Shown: piece after piece, positions 10,673 to 20,000 of the stretch
Numbering within the stretch: position 1 is the first letter of the stretch
How the letters are laid out: every line of letters begins with the position of its first letter
Assembly: GCA_051942205.1 (NCBI GenBank)
Contig: JAVECO010000133.1
Coordinates: forward strand, 45,323-65,322
Direction: 5' to 3'
From: Coniocarpon cinnabarinum
Taxonomy: Eukaryota
DNA length: 20,000 nucleotides
Notes under the pieces: model-generated
What the model saw: only the letters and a program-made list of their open reading frames with translations
Database searches by the model: none
What the model was told of the DNA's origin: nothing
Position numbers and translations under genes: made by a program

Positions 10673-11683
10673 ATCGTCAACGTGTTTATCGTCAGGGACA
10701 ACATAAGTTCGTGTATGCCCATCCAGAGTTGTAGCAATATCTGGGTTTCGATAGCGCATAATTATCCATGCCTCACGCAGAGACGCTGTCGGATCTCGTC
10801 GATGGTTGAGCTCGACAGTCGTCGCGCCATGCAACGCTCAAGGCTCACGTTCTGGAGCCCGTGGGTCGCTTGAGGAAGAGATGATGTCGAAATTGCTCTC
10901 CACAGCACTCGATTCTCGATGGAAACTTGGTCCATTGCCCTGCCAATACATTTTGAATGAGACTCCAATGCGTTGGTTGGAGGTCATAGGGCAAATGAAG
11001 CGTAAATAGAGAATGCACCCATGCGGCACATGCGTGGCCCCCGCTAATCAATTGCAGACGCCACATGCGTGCTTCGCTAGGATACCGCGGCATCAAGGAC
11101 CTCGAAGAGTAACGCTCTCTTTCACATGCTTGCCTTAGCACTGCGCTTGAGGAGATTGAAGCAGCTTCGTTGTGCCTCACTAGCAATTCATCCATATATT
11201 CTGTCCAAGGTTTGTAATGGGGGAAGCCATCATGAAGTAACATACGTTGGAACATACGCATAGGCCTCATTCTGTGTTTAAACACATGTTCATCATTTGC
11301 GACCGTGCTGGTACGACCTTCACCTTAAAAATGCATCCCCAATGTCAGACCAAAGCTGAGCGTTTTCACAGCATTCAGAAGCTCGAAACAAAAGGCATCA
11401 AAGGAGTGCGGTAACGTTACAGGAAGCATTAATCAAAAGGAAAACGAGAGCCATAGAATTTTCCAGAACATGATTGTCAAGAGCCAGGGATTACTTTCAA
11501 GGCAACGAGTGGAAGATGCCAAAAGCTCGCGTATGAACAATGCTAGACATTTGACGACAGTTGCATTCGCGTTGCAAGGAGTGGACGTACTCAAAAGAGT
11601 ACCGAAGCTGACTAAACTGCCAAGGCGATAACGCTAACTGACCGGCAGTACAGCGATTTCCTTCACAGCCCATTCATCGGTAA

Positions 11684-11957
11684 CTATTGGCTCCGATTGA
11701 ACTCTCCATGGTACATGTTGGGATCAGTCTGCTCAGCAACATACCCACGCTTTTCATGCCAGGCCTTGCACCATCTGCAAAAGAGGTCAGCATCCAGATT
11801 CCACAAAGGTTCTATGAGACACGCACTTCGTGAATTCCTTCTTGTGATGCTTGGCATGGTCGTTGTTGTTGGCTGACTTTGCACCATACCATTGATACCA
11901 GTGGGTCTTCATATTCTCGTACTCTTCCTGCCCTGCTGCTTGTTGCTGATCGGACAT
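11684..11957 (-). CDS. Small spliced hypothetical protein, 73 aa (exons 11957-11827, 11774-11684)
   Basis: 52-nt intron with GTGCGT donor, GCTGAC branch point and CTCTTTTGCAG acceptor joins two ORF fragments in frame. Product: MSDQQQAAGQEEYENMKTHWYQWYGAKSANNNDHAKHHKKEFTKWCKAWHEKRGYVAEQTDPNMYHGEFNRSQ*. Start context gacatcATGt. Confidence 0.72.
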
Positions 11958-12600
11958 GATGTCGGTGAAGAGGACTGAGTCTTTGGCAGATGTATGCTCT
12001 ACGCAAAAAAAGACGTTTGTGCATAAAAAGCTGTCAGGAGAAATCGTCTCAGAGCGTGAGATACTATTGATTGATTGCTGGGTAGTGTTCTGAAGAATAG
12101 AAAAGCAGCAAAGGAAAAACATAGCCCTTTTGTAACTGTCGTCAACGTTCTAGCTTCCCGTAAAGACAACTGTCGACATGTGTAAGACCTTTGCAATTCC
12201 TTTGAACGGTCCCGCTTATGGTCTCTTGATAGCATGGTGCGACAAGTCAAACCTACGTGGCTCACTCTTATTATCGCGACGCAGGGGAAAGACCACGACG
12301 ATGAGCATCGCGCGTCTGCAAATGTCAGACTATTTGCCGTAGGGTCAGCACAAGAAGGGACTTCTGTGCATCTGATGTGTCGTGTCACTACTGACATCAG
12401 GACAGGACGCGCTCTATCCACTACATTGATTGGTAAACCGTTCTTCCTAAATAGTATTTCTCAGCTATAAGCTTACAGACTTTCGGAGTCACTTTAGCGA
12501 ATTCCAAGGTCGACGGGTAACATATTCCAGAAACGGTGCCTTTCCAGGTATATTAATTTCCTTTTGGTCTAGCGTGGACAGGTGGTCAACACACTCAACA

Positions 12601-12664
12601 GGCCCTGAAACGGGCCGTTTTATAGGGCCGTACGGCACTTTGCCGTATGTGTGTGCGATCTAGT
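12601..12664 (+). mobile_element. Putative Helitron-like 3' terminus (hairpin + CTAG|T)
   Basis: Hairpin TACGGCA-ctt-TGCCGTA (12631-12647), 12-nt spacer, then CTAG (12660-12663) followed by T. A second stem-loop lies at 12601-12629. No 5' end or Rep/helicase sequence identified. Confidence 0.4.
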
Positions 12665-13714
12665 CAACTGAGACAGCACCCACCAGCCAACTAATTGCCA
12701 TCAGGGGGACAGCTATCATTTCGATCTCAATCATGATTGCCAAACTTCAAACAGAGAACAGCAAGACCTTGATTTAAGCGAACATGATCTGAGGAAAGCA
12801 AATTTTTAAGAACATTGGGTCGTTCGACTGTCTTTGGCTCATTAACTTTACTCCCATGCCTGCCTTTGCATCCCTGTTAGGACGCGACAAAGCTCTGATC
12901 GCAGCACAGCGATGGCGATTGATTTCGCTTGTACCGCTTTGGTGGGTTCGCTTCATGAAACAGATTCAGAAACGCTGCTGATGTCTCTGAATGCACGACT
13001 ATACTTTCACTGACTCGCTTGATCTGTTGCCGTGCCTTGGGTCACCAGCCGTACGAAAATAGTAGAGAATTACTGAAGGATCGAACAATGGTAAAGACAA
13101 GCGGCAAGTGTCTGACACTGCTCTGTTGAAACGATGTTGCAATGAGCCAGCGTGGCCTGTTTCCTCATTCTCGATGGTGACACTTTGGAGACGTAAACGA
13201 CTTTTGGAATGTTGAAATCGTGTCTTGCGTGCAAAGTTCCCCACTGTGTCCGCAGCAGCGCGGGCAGTAATGACGAGACCACACGGATCGGGTCATGGTC
13301 TCAAAACGCTACGCTAGTTTGGGCACTCCTCGCACATTTTCAACCGTGCAGTAGTGGATGTCTCTCCTCAAGGATCCATTAGTGACATTTTCCTGCTGTT
13401 CACCAGTACGCAGGTAGCTCGACTTTGTCGACAGCTTTTGTGAGTCAATTTTGTTGATGTTCTTTAGTCCACTTCTAATTAGACAACCTGGTTAAGAACC
13501 GAGTGCTCATCAGCATCATCAGAGCTTCAAGAGAAAGAGAAAGCAAAAGCGAAGTGTGACCCATGGGCCATTGGATAAAACAGAACAAGCTGATGAGATT
13601 TAGCAGGAAGCAGTTCAATCAGCGCAGACCTGTGTTGTCCAGCTAAAGGCAAACACTTCTAGCTCAAAGCCGTTCACTCCCTCTCAATCAAATTCCAATC
13701 TTATTCACACGACC

Positions 13715-13810
13715 GATGCCCTCGAATACATCCAGATACCTCAAAGACGGTCAGATACCGAGAATCCATTCAGATGCCTCGTATACGTCCAGATAGCCCA
13801 AACACCTCCA
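13715..13810 (+). repeat. Degenerate 19-bp minisatellite, 5 units
   Basis: Units start at 13715, 13735, 13754, 13773 and 13792: GATGCCCTCGAATACATCCA / GATACCTCAAAGACGGTCA / GATACCGAGAATCCATTCA / GATGCCTCGTATACGTCCA / GATAGCCCAAACACCTCCA. Confidence 0.65.
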
Positions 13811-14655
13811 TATTTGCTAATGTAACGGGCCTACATGAGCGTATACACATTTAACTAGCATAATTATGTACAAGTAAGGAGCTTTGGCCGCTCTTGCTCC
13901 AAGTTTCTAAGAAATAAGAAACACATATGGTGGGATCATCACATGGACCCTGGCCTGTCCACATCATTGAACGCAACATAGGTCAGTTCTTTTGGACTAA
14001 TTTCAGACTTTACACCCATTCAGCACTTTTCAGCTCTTGCAATACCCCCATACTCCTGATTTCAGTCTTAAATTATTTGAAGAAAGCGTGCAAAGCGTGC
14101 GCTGACTGTTGATCATGGTCTGCATGATACGAACTCCTTCACTAATATTAAAAACCATTGAAGACGACATTGAGGAGTCGCTAGTAACGTCAATAAGCTG
14201 CTCTCGGCTTCCACCTCAGGATTAACCTCTCAGTAGAGAGGATGAAAGTGCTGAAGCGAAGTTATACATATCGTTCAGTACGCTCCAATTGTAACTGTTC
14301 TTTCCTCATTGTGCATGCCAGCGCAAAATAACAAGTTGTGGATGAGACAAAGCAAAGTCTGAATTCATATTTGGCTTTCAGCCCGTCTGCTAGGGCCCAT
14401 CGATGTAGCCCAGGATTGGTTTCCATCAATAGCTTTGCTGGAAACTCAAAGAATCACTGACGAGACGAGATACGAAACAAAATCAACGGTTAACAATAAG
14501 ATAGTATTTGTCTCGCCAAAGGCGCGCTCGATGATCTACGTAGGTAGCAAGCTTTTGTTACCAAATACCAAGAGACCACAAAGTTTCCCCATGAGCGCCA
14601 CGCTAAAAATCGACGATCCTCATCCCAACGTAAAATGCATAATCAAAGACACCCT

Positions 14656-16173
14656 TTAATCACCCTTCCCACCCATCATCTTAGCAGCCTGCACCGCGTT
14701 CATCTTCTGCAGATAGCTCGCCGTTGGCTGCACCTTGCGCACTGTCCGAATTTCATCCGTTGAGTACCCAGGAATGCGAATATTGTACTGGCGCTGTAGC
14801 ACGAGCTGGATATCTCTGATTTCCAGCATTTGCGAGCCACGCAGCTTCGCGAGTCGACATGCGCTCACGACGACATTGTCAAAGAACTCGTCCGCGAGCT
14901 CGAGAACACTTTCTTCGACTTCTGGGTGCAGCGTTTGTGATGCCGTGCCATCGCCTGCGCCGCAAACCTGACGCACTAACTCGTCTAGCTTTTTCTTGTT
15001 GAGAACGTGATCGCCTTGGCCATGGAGGTTGTAACTTGGTGGCTGCTGAATCGCGGGCTGGCCCATTGGACCACCAGGACCGCTTCCAGGATTTGACATG
15101 GTTGGTCGCATCTGGCCCATGGACACTGGCGTCGGCTGCGTTGGCCGAAAATCCTTGTTCATGGGCCACTTAGTGGATTTTTCGGTGCTCGGCGTCGTGA
15201 AGTTGGCGTTCGTCATTTGGGGCGGGGCAGGCTGCTGCGTGGTACTACCACTGCTGCTGTAAGAGCGTTGGTTTTCCATTGCGGCGCCTTGCTGTGAGTA
15301 AGGGTTGGGCTGCTGAGCGTTGGGTGGTACGGAGGCCTGAGGTGACTGCTGTGAATAAGGTCCTGCGCTTCCTTGATTAGGCTGCTGAGGGCGTTGGAAC
15401 TGCTGATTTTGTTGTTGCGATTGCTGTTGCGCTTGTTGACTCAAAGCGGCAGGTGTAGGTGCTTGTGTTGCAGATGGAGATGCAGCGTTGCCTGGCCGAT
15501 TGATTTGTTGCTGAGAAGGACCGGTTTGAGATATTGGGCGTTGCATTTGCGCGTTCGACTGTTGATTGACATTCGAAGCTGCATTGTTCTGATTCAACTG
15601 AGGCCCTTTCGCGTTCATCGCTTGTTGCTGAGATTGGGTTTGCATATTGGTCTGTGCGGCGCGATACTGGTCCTGCTGTGCTTTGAGAGAATTTATGAAT
15701 TGTGTTGCCGTACTAATCTGGGCCTCGTACGCCTTTTTCTGCGTTTGAACCGACTCAGGAATGGTCTGACCAGATGCGCGCGCTTGATTTTCACGTTGTT
15801 GAAGTGATTGAAGGCTGTTCTGTCCGCTTCTTTGTAGGAAAAGTTGCTGCGCAAACCTGACTTTTGCCTGTTGCTTGTAGCCTTGTGGGTTGCTTTGATT
15901 AGGTGGGGCAAGGAACGTGTGTGCCTCAGCAGCACGTCGAATTGCCTCAGGAAGCTGATCATAAGGAGGTAATTGCTGTCCAGTGGATTGGTTCTGTGTA
16001 GTTGCAGTTGCCTGCTGCTGCGAACCGCTGTTGACATTTACCTGCCCGTTTGCTTGCCCCGGCTGTCCTTGACTGGGTGGTCTCTGCATCGGCTGGGACT
16101 GTGGGACTTGCGATCCTGGTTGCGGCCCTTGACTGTTCCTTTGCTGCTGTTGCTGCTGGGATTGTTGTTGGGA

Positions 16174-16221
<48 letters not shown>

Positions 16222-16524
16222 CTGTTGCCTCTCCCTGTTATTCCGCATCATATTTTGAACAGCATATGTCAACTGGGTAAGCTTCGAGACAGCTTCCTGG
16301 TACCCAGGATCAGTGGGCGGTTTGTTCTGCACATGGTGCCAAAAAGACGTTGCCCCATCTATGTACTTCTTTCTAGTTTCTTCTGAGAATCCGGGCATCC
16401 GCGCTATCACATCTGGCTTTACAAGCTGGTTGAGTGGCAGCTTGGGTTGCTGCTGCTGAGGCTGCTGAGGCTGAGGCTGCCCCGAAGTTGGAGCCTGCTG
16501 CTGTGTCTGCATGCTTTCTGCCAT
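14656..16524 (-). CDS. TAF12: TFIID/SAGA subunit TAF12 (622 aa; Q-rich N-terminus, C-terminal histone fold)
   Basis: C-terminal [14 protein letters not shown]...[56 protein letters not shown] is the TAF12 histone fold. First in-frame ATG is at 16524 (the ORF track start at 16551 is not ATG). No intron required. Confidence 0.95.
16174..16227 (-). repeat. CAG/CAA trinucleotide repeat encoding an 18-Q tract in TAF12
   Basis: 18 consecutive CTG/TTG triplets on the + strand, followed in the protein by [11 protein letters not shown]. Confidence 0.9.
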
Positions 16525-16928
16525 CTCGCAGCTACTGGCCTCGTGCCTCAAGCTTTAACAAACGAAGCTGAGTGGCGTGTGTCTTGGAGGGGGAAAAGCG
16601 CCTTGGGCGCAGGTGCAGAGAGCGCGACCAGGGTAAGCAAGAACAAGGAGCTCAAGTCGAATGATAATCATAAGGAGAAACGATTGACAAGTCGTCTAAG
16701 CGCAACAGCGACGTTGTCACTAACGGTAGAGGAGAGGCATTGATGAATGACCGAATGCATGCCCTGCCGCAATCCGTACCCAAAGACGTCGATATCGGAC
16801 AGTGATTACGTCACCTTGCTATTACATTGTCTGCGCTATGGAACGCCCAACGCGTCGTAAGTCAGGGAATACTAGAATTCTAACGCAAGCCATAATCCAG
16901 CCTGCATAGCCATCGCGCGAACAGCACG
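16525..16928. promoter_or_regulatory. Divergent TAF12/SPC34 promoter region (404 bp) with MCB (ACGCGT, 16850-16855) and CRE-like (TTACGTCA, 16806-16813) motifs
   Basis: Head-to-head start codons 404 bp apart. The motifs are present in the sequence; their function is inferred only. Confidence 0.5.
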
Positions 16929-17763
16929 ATGTCGCTGCTAGAATATCATTTGGAGCAAATCCAGCTATGCGCTTCGACTATAGAACAGCTTCCGTTCCCG
17001 CCCTCCAAGATATTTACCAATGCTATGCTCAACACTGGTGATATTACAAGCCTGATTCGAGACACTGAAGCTCATGAACGCGCACTGTTTTCCCTTGCTC
17101 CCTCGGAAGATCACAGTCACCGTAGACGGACTGTCGCACCTGCTAAGCGCAGAGCGACCACCTTGCCAAGCCAGCAGGAAGAAGTCGGATTGCAGCCAAC
17201 CTTCCGAGCCCCTCGCAAAGGCACAGCAGTCGCTTCTGTCCTAGGCGGGGATCTGAGCGAAAAGATCCGTAGGGAGTACCAGCGCGATACGCGGGAATAC
17301 AGCAAGGACCGCAGGCAGCAGCGTGATGACTTTGACGTCGAACTTCTGCTGACTGGAGCGCAGCGATTGTGCTCCGTCTAGTGAGTGTTTCCTACTTTTT
17401 CGAGGCAGCGAAGACAAATTGACAATGCGTAGTCCGATACCCGGTGCCTTGGAACGGATCGCAGCGCTGCGGCATCGCAACGCCAAAGTGAGTGATTCGC
17501 TCGACCATTACGAGAATCTTGTAGAAGAACAGTCAATACAATTGCGACGTATGAATGGCCTATCCTCGGCCAGTCTCGACGATGAAGCAGACGAAGAGGT
17601 GGTCACGAATAACAGGACGTCGATGTCAGCAATTGAAACGCCGATGACGGCGGAAGACTTGAGAAAGGAAGAGGAGGGCATCGCGGAGCTCGAGCGCAAG
17701 AAGCGAACATTAGAGGAGCGAGTGAATGGGATTGAGAAAGACTTGGGAGGACTCATGAGATGA
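16929..17763 (+). CDS. SPC34: DASH/Dam1 kinetochore complex subunit Spc34, 260 aa, 2 exons (16929-17380, 17433-17763)
   Basis: N-terminal LEYHLEQIQLCASTIEQLPFPPSKIFTNAML...DITSLIRDTEAHERALF matches Spc34. The 52-nt intron 17381-17432 (GTGAGT...TTGAC...TAG) restores LCSVYPIPGA. C-terminal coiled coil. Confidence 0.92.
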
Positions 17764-18050
17764 GGAATTCATTCACAAAGCTATGGAATGAGATGTAGGG
17801 GCGATAGATACCCTGCGGCGAGGCGTTCGCGGATTTGCGATTACTTCGCAGGCATGTTGAGAGTGTTGTTCCTTGAATCTTGAAGATGATCGTCTTGGGG
17901 CGAGGGAACTGGACATACCTATCAATATCCATATAGCAAGGTGTTCCCGGCCTACCAACGCCTATCTCATCATCTCTACTTTCTTGACTACTTCTTGATA
18001 GATCTATAGGTAACGTGCGTTTTCCACCCAACACTTTCACAATCGCAGTC

Positions 18051-19619
18051 ATGGCTCAAGACGATGAGATGCAGCTTGATGAATCAGCACCTCAGACAAA
18101 TGGGGAGCGTGATGTGAAAGATGGTGCGTGACCTCGTTGTTACCGCAAGTTCTGTCAACTAATCATTCATCAGACATCATTTCTAATCTCGAGCTTCTGC
18201 AGCTTGCGGTCCAACAATTTGATGTGCGGTTCGTACTGAGGGCTCTCCGAGCAGTCAGTTCCATCAGAAAGCGTCTAACCAAAGATGCCGATGGCTTGGA
18301 AATCCTCAAGGCCGCTCGCGAGACGCGCACTTCCACCACCAACGACAAGGGTTCTGTGACAGCGAAAAAGCTCCGTGTGGAGCCTGGAAGTTTATTGCCC
18401 GAGGAAGAGGTGTATCTGGCCATTTTGAGACAAGTATGACGTGGAGCTGTTCTTGCTGTGGAATCATGACTGACATACCATGCTACAGGTTGTCTACTTT
18501 GACACCCAACGATATGACGCCGGCGCCAAATTCTCACTTGAATTTGTTGATATAATGCGCAATTTCAACAGGAGGACACTTGATCCTTTGGGGGCGAAAG
18601 TGTACTTCTATCTCCAGCTCCTTTTTGAAAGGCTCAGCCCAGCACCGCCGTCTCGTCAGTCGCCAGTTTTCGAGATACGGGAGCGACTACTTCTCGCGTT
18701 GAGAAGTGCGATACTTCGGAAGGATCAAGAGACGCAAGCTGCTGCAATTGTTCTGCTTCTCCGCAACTACTTGTCCACCTCTGACATCACACAAGCGGAC
18801 CTTCTCGTCGCCCATAATCAATTCCCGCTTTCTGCTTCCAACAGCCAAGTCGCTCGGTATCTCTACTACCTCGGACGCATTCGTGCCGTTCAGCTTGATT
18901 ACACTGATGCTCAAGCTCACCTGTTAAGTGCTACACGCAAAGCTCCTTCCAGCGGCTCTGCCACCGGTTTCTATCAGGCATCGATGAAGACACTGGTGGT
19001 AGTGGAGCTTCTGATGGGAGACATCCCTGACCGATCCATATTCAGACAGCCAAAGTTGGAAGAGGCGCTTGAACCGTACTTCTTTCTTGTCAAAGCCGTT
19101 CGCAATGGTGACTTGAAGCGCTTCGAAGAGCTGGTCGCTAAATACGCGGACACCTTTCGTCGAGACGGTACGTACACACTGACGAAGCGTCTTCGTCAGA
19201 ACGTCATCCGAACAGGTGTCCGCATGTTGTCGCTTGCATATTCACGCATCTCTCTGCGCGACATCTGCATTCGCTTAGGCATCGAGTCTGAGCAATCCGC
19301 TGAATACATCGTCGCCAAGGCCATTCGCGATGGCGTCATCGAAGCCTCCATCAACCACGAAAAGGGCTACATGGAGACAAAGCGCGCAGGCGACATCTAC
19401 GCTACCAACGAGCCGGCCGAAGCGTTTCACGAGCGCATACAGGCTTGTTTGGGCCTTCACGACGAGTGTGTGAAGGCGATGCGGTTTCCGATGGACAAGC
19501 ACAAGCTTGAGCTCAAGAACGCGCAGGAGGCTCGGGAACGCGAACGCGAACTGGCGAAGGAGATCCAGGACGGTGAGATCGACGAGGATGATGCTGGTGG
19601 CGACTTCGAGGGACTGTAG
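18051..19619 (+). CDS. RPN3: 26S proteasome lid subunit Rpn3 (PSMD3), 487 aa, 3 exons (18051-18123, 18174-18433, 18489-19619)
   Basis: Motifs NRRTLD, LLLRNYL, QVARYLYYLGRIRAVQLDY, VVELLMGDIPDR, RLRQNVIRTGVR, YSRISLRDI, EYIVAKAIRDGVIEA, FHERIQACLGLHDECVKAMRFP. Introns 18124-18173 (GTGCGT..CTAAT..CAG) and 18434-18488 (GTATGA..CTGAC..CAG) keep the frame. Confidence 0.96.
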
Positions 19620-19859
19620 ACCTCTCTGCACGTGGCTGTGTACGTGGCTGCGACAGAACCTTCTCATACCGTCCCTTGCCATCATCCAGTGATGCATCAC
19701 AACTGTTGATCAAGCTAGGAGTTTCCATTTTGGTCGGGAGATGGAAAACTGGCTCACTCTGCACGAGCTCTGTAAAAAGCGTTGCTGTAATAATATATTG
19801 GGTGGAGTCGGCAAGTTTTGACCCTCGCGCATTGCGCATTGCATGATTGTGATATCCAT

Positions 19860-20000
19860 CAACTCTTCGTCCTAGCCCTCCCGATCATGTTCTCCTCCTC
19901 ACTCTCACTACTCTCTCGTTGCACCAACCTCACCGCCCCACCTATCCTTCTCTTCTCATCACTCTCTCCCCGTCCCCGAACACCCCATCTTTCATCACTC
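19860..20000 (+). other. Pyrimidine (C/T)-rich tract, probably the core promoter/5' UTR of a gene beyond the window
   Basis: Strong C/T bias (ctcctcctc, ctctctc, tccttctcttctc). Such tracts are common just upstream of fungal start codons. Confidence 0.35.

Larger units (their letters stand above)
9568..10951 (-). pseudogene. Tri3-like (trichothecene 15-O-acetyltransferase / condensation-fold) acyltransferase pseudogene, main part
   Basis: Joined frames read MYWQGNGPSFHRESSAVE...REP*ALHG...LREAWIIMRYRNPDIA...SHWRVD (HxxxD)...LISACKEINVSVTTAIQSAL...PVNLRRRLTEPY...SSLGVLD...VWSYKGQLHLSMEVNAAYFE. Lesions: TGA at 10840-10838, 16-bp tandem duplication at 10641-10672, +1 frameshift at about 10152, TAA at 9899-9897, and the LINE insertion. 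Intron structure at about 9790-9900 is unresolved. Confidence 0.75.

Noticed and set aside
10845..11285. 146-aa minus-strand ORF overlapping the acyltransferase start
   Set aside because: Different frame from the motif-bearing pseudogene frame, non-ATG start, and no recognisable domain.
13715..13810. CRISPR-like repeat-spacer array
   Set aside because: Eukaryotic context, units of only 19 bp, interiors related to each other, and no cas genes.
13821..14340. Possible solo LTR starting TGTAAC at 13821
   Set aside because: No matching inverted ...ACA end with a 4-5 bp TSD could be found.
12234..14659. Short ORFs (60-81 aa) in the intergenic region
   Set aside because: No recognisable motifs or convincing splice signals, several have non-ATG starts, and their sizes are expected by chance.
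15373..16743. Plus-strand poly-Leu/poly-Ala ORFs
   Set aside because: Antisense shadows of the CAG-rich TAF12 coding sequence.

Overview
Filamentous ascomycete (Pezizomycotina-like) genomic DNA with short GT-AG introns and RIP. Conserved genes flank an accessory interval of about 12 kb. On the left is an intronless coiled-coil protein with a Rab11-FIP-like segment; on the right are TAF12, SPC34 and RPN3. The interval holds four things: (1) an intact LovC/ToxD-type enoyl reductase; (2) a full-length 5.6 kb Tad1-clade LINE destroyed by RIP, with a 15-bp target-site duplication and an (AATC)6 tail; (3) a multiply disabled Tri3-like acetyltransferase pseudogene whose last 22 codons the LINE split off; (4) a spliced 73-aa His/Trp-rich orphan gene missed by the ORF track, bracketed by imperfect inverted repeats and lying near a Helitron-like 3' end. 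Family assignments come from motif recognition by eye, not database searches.
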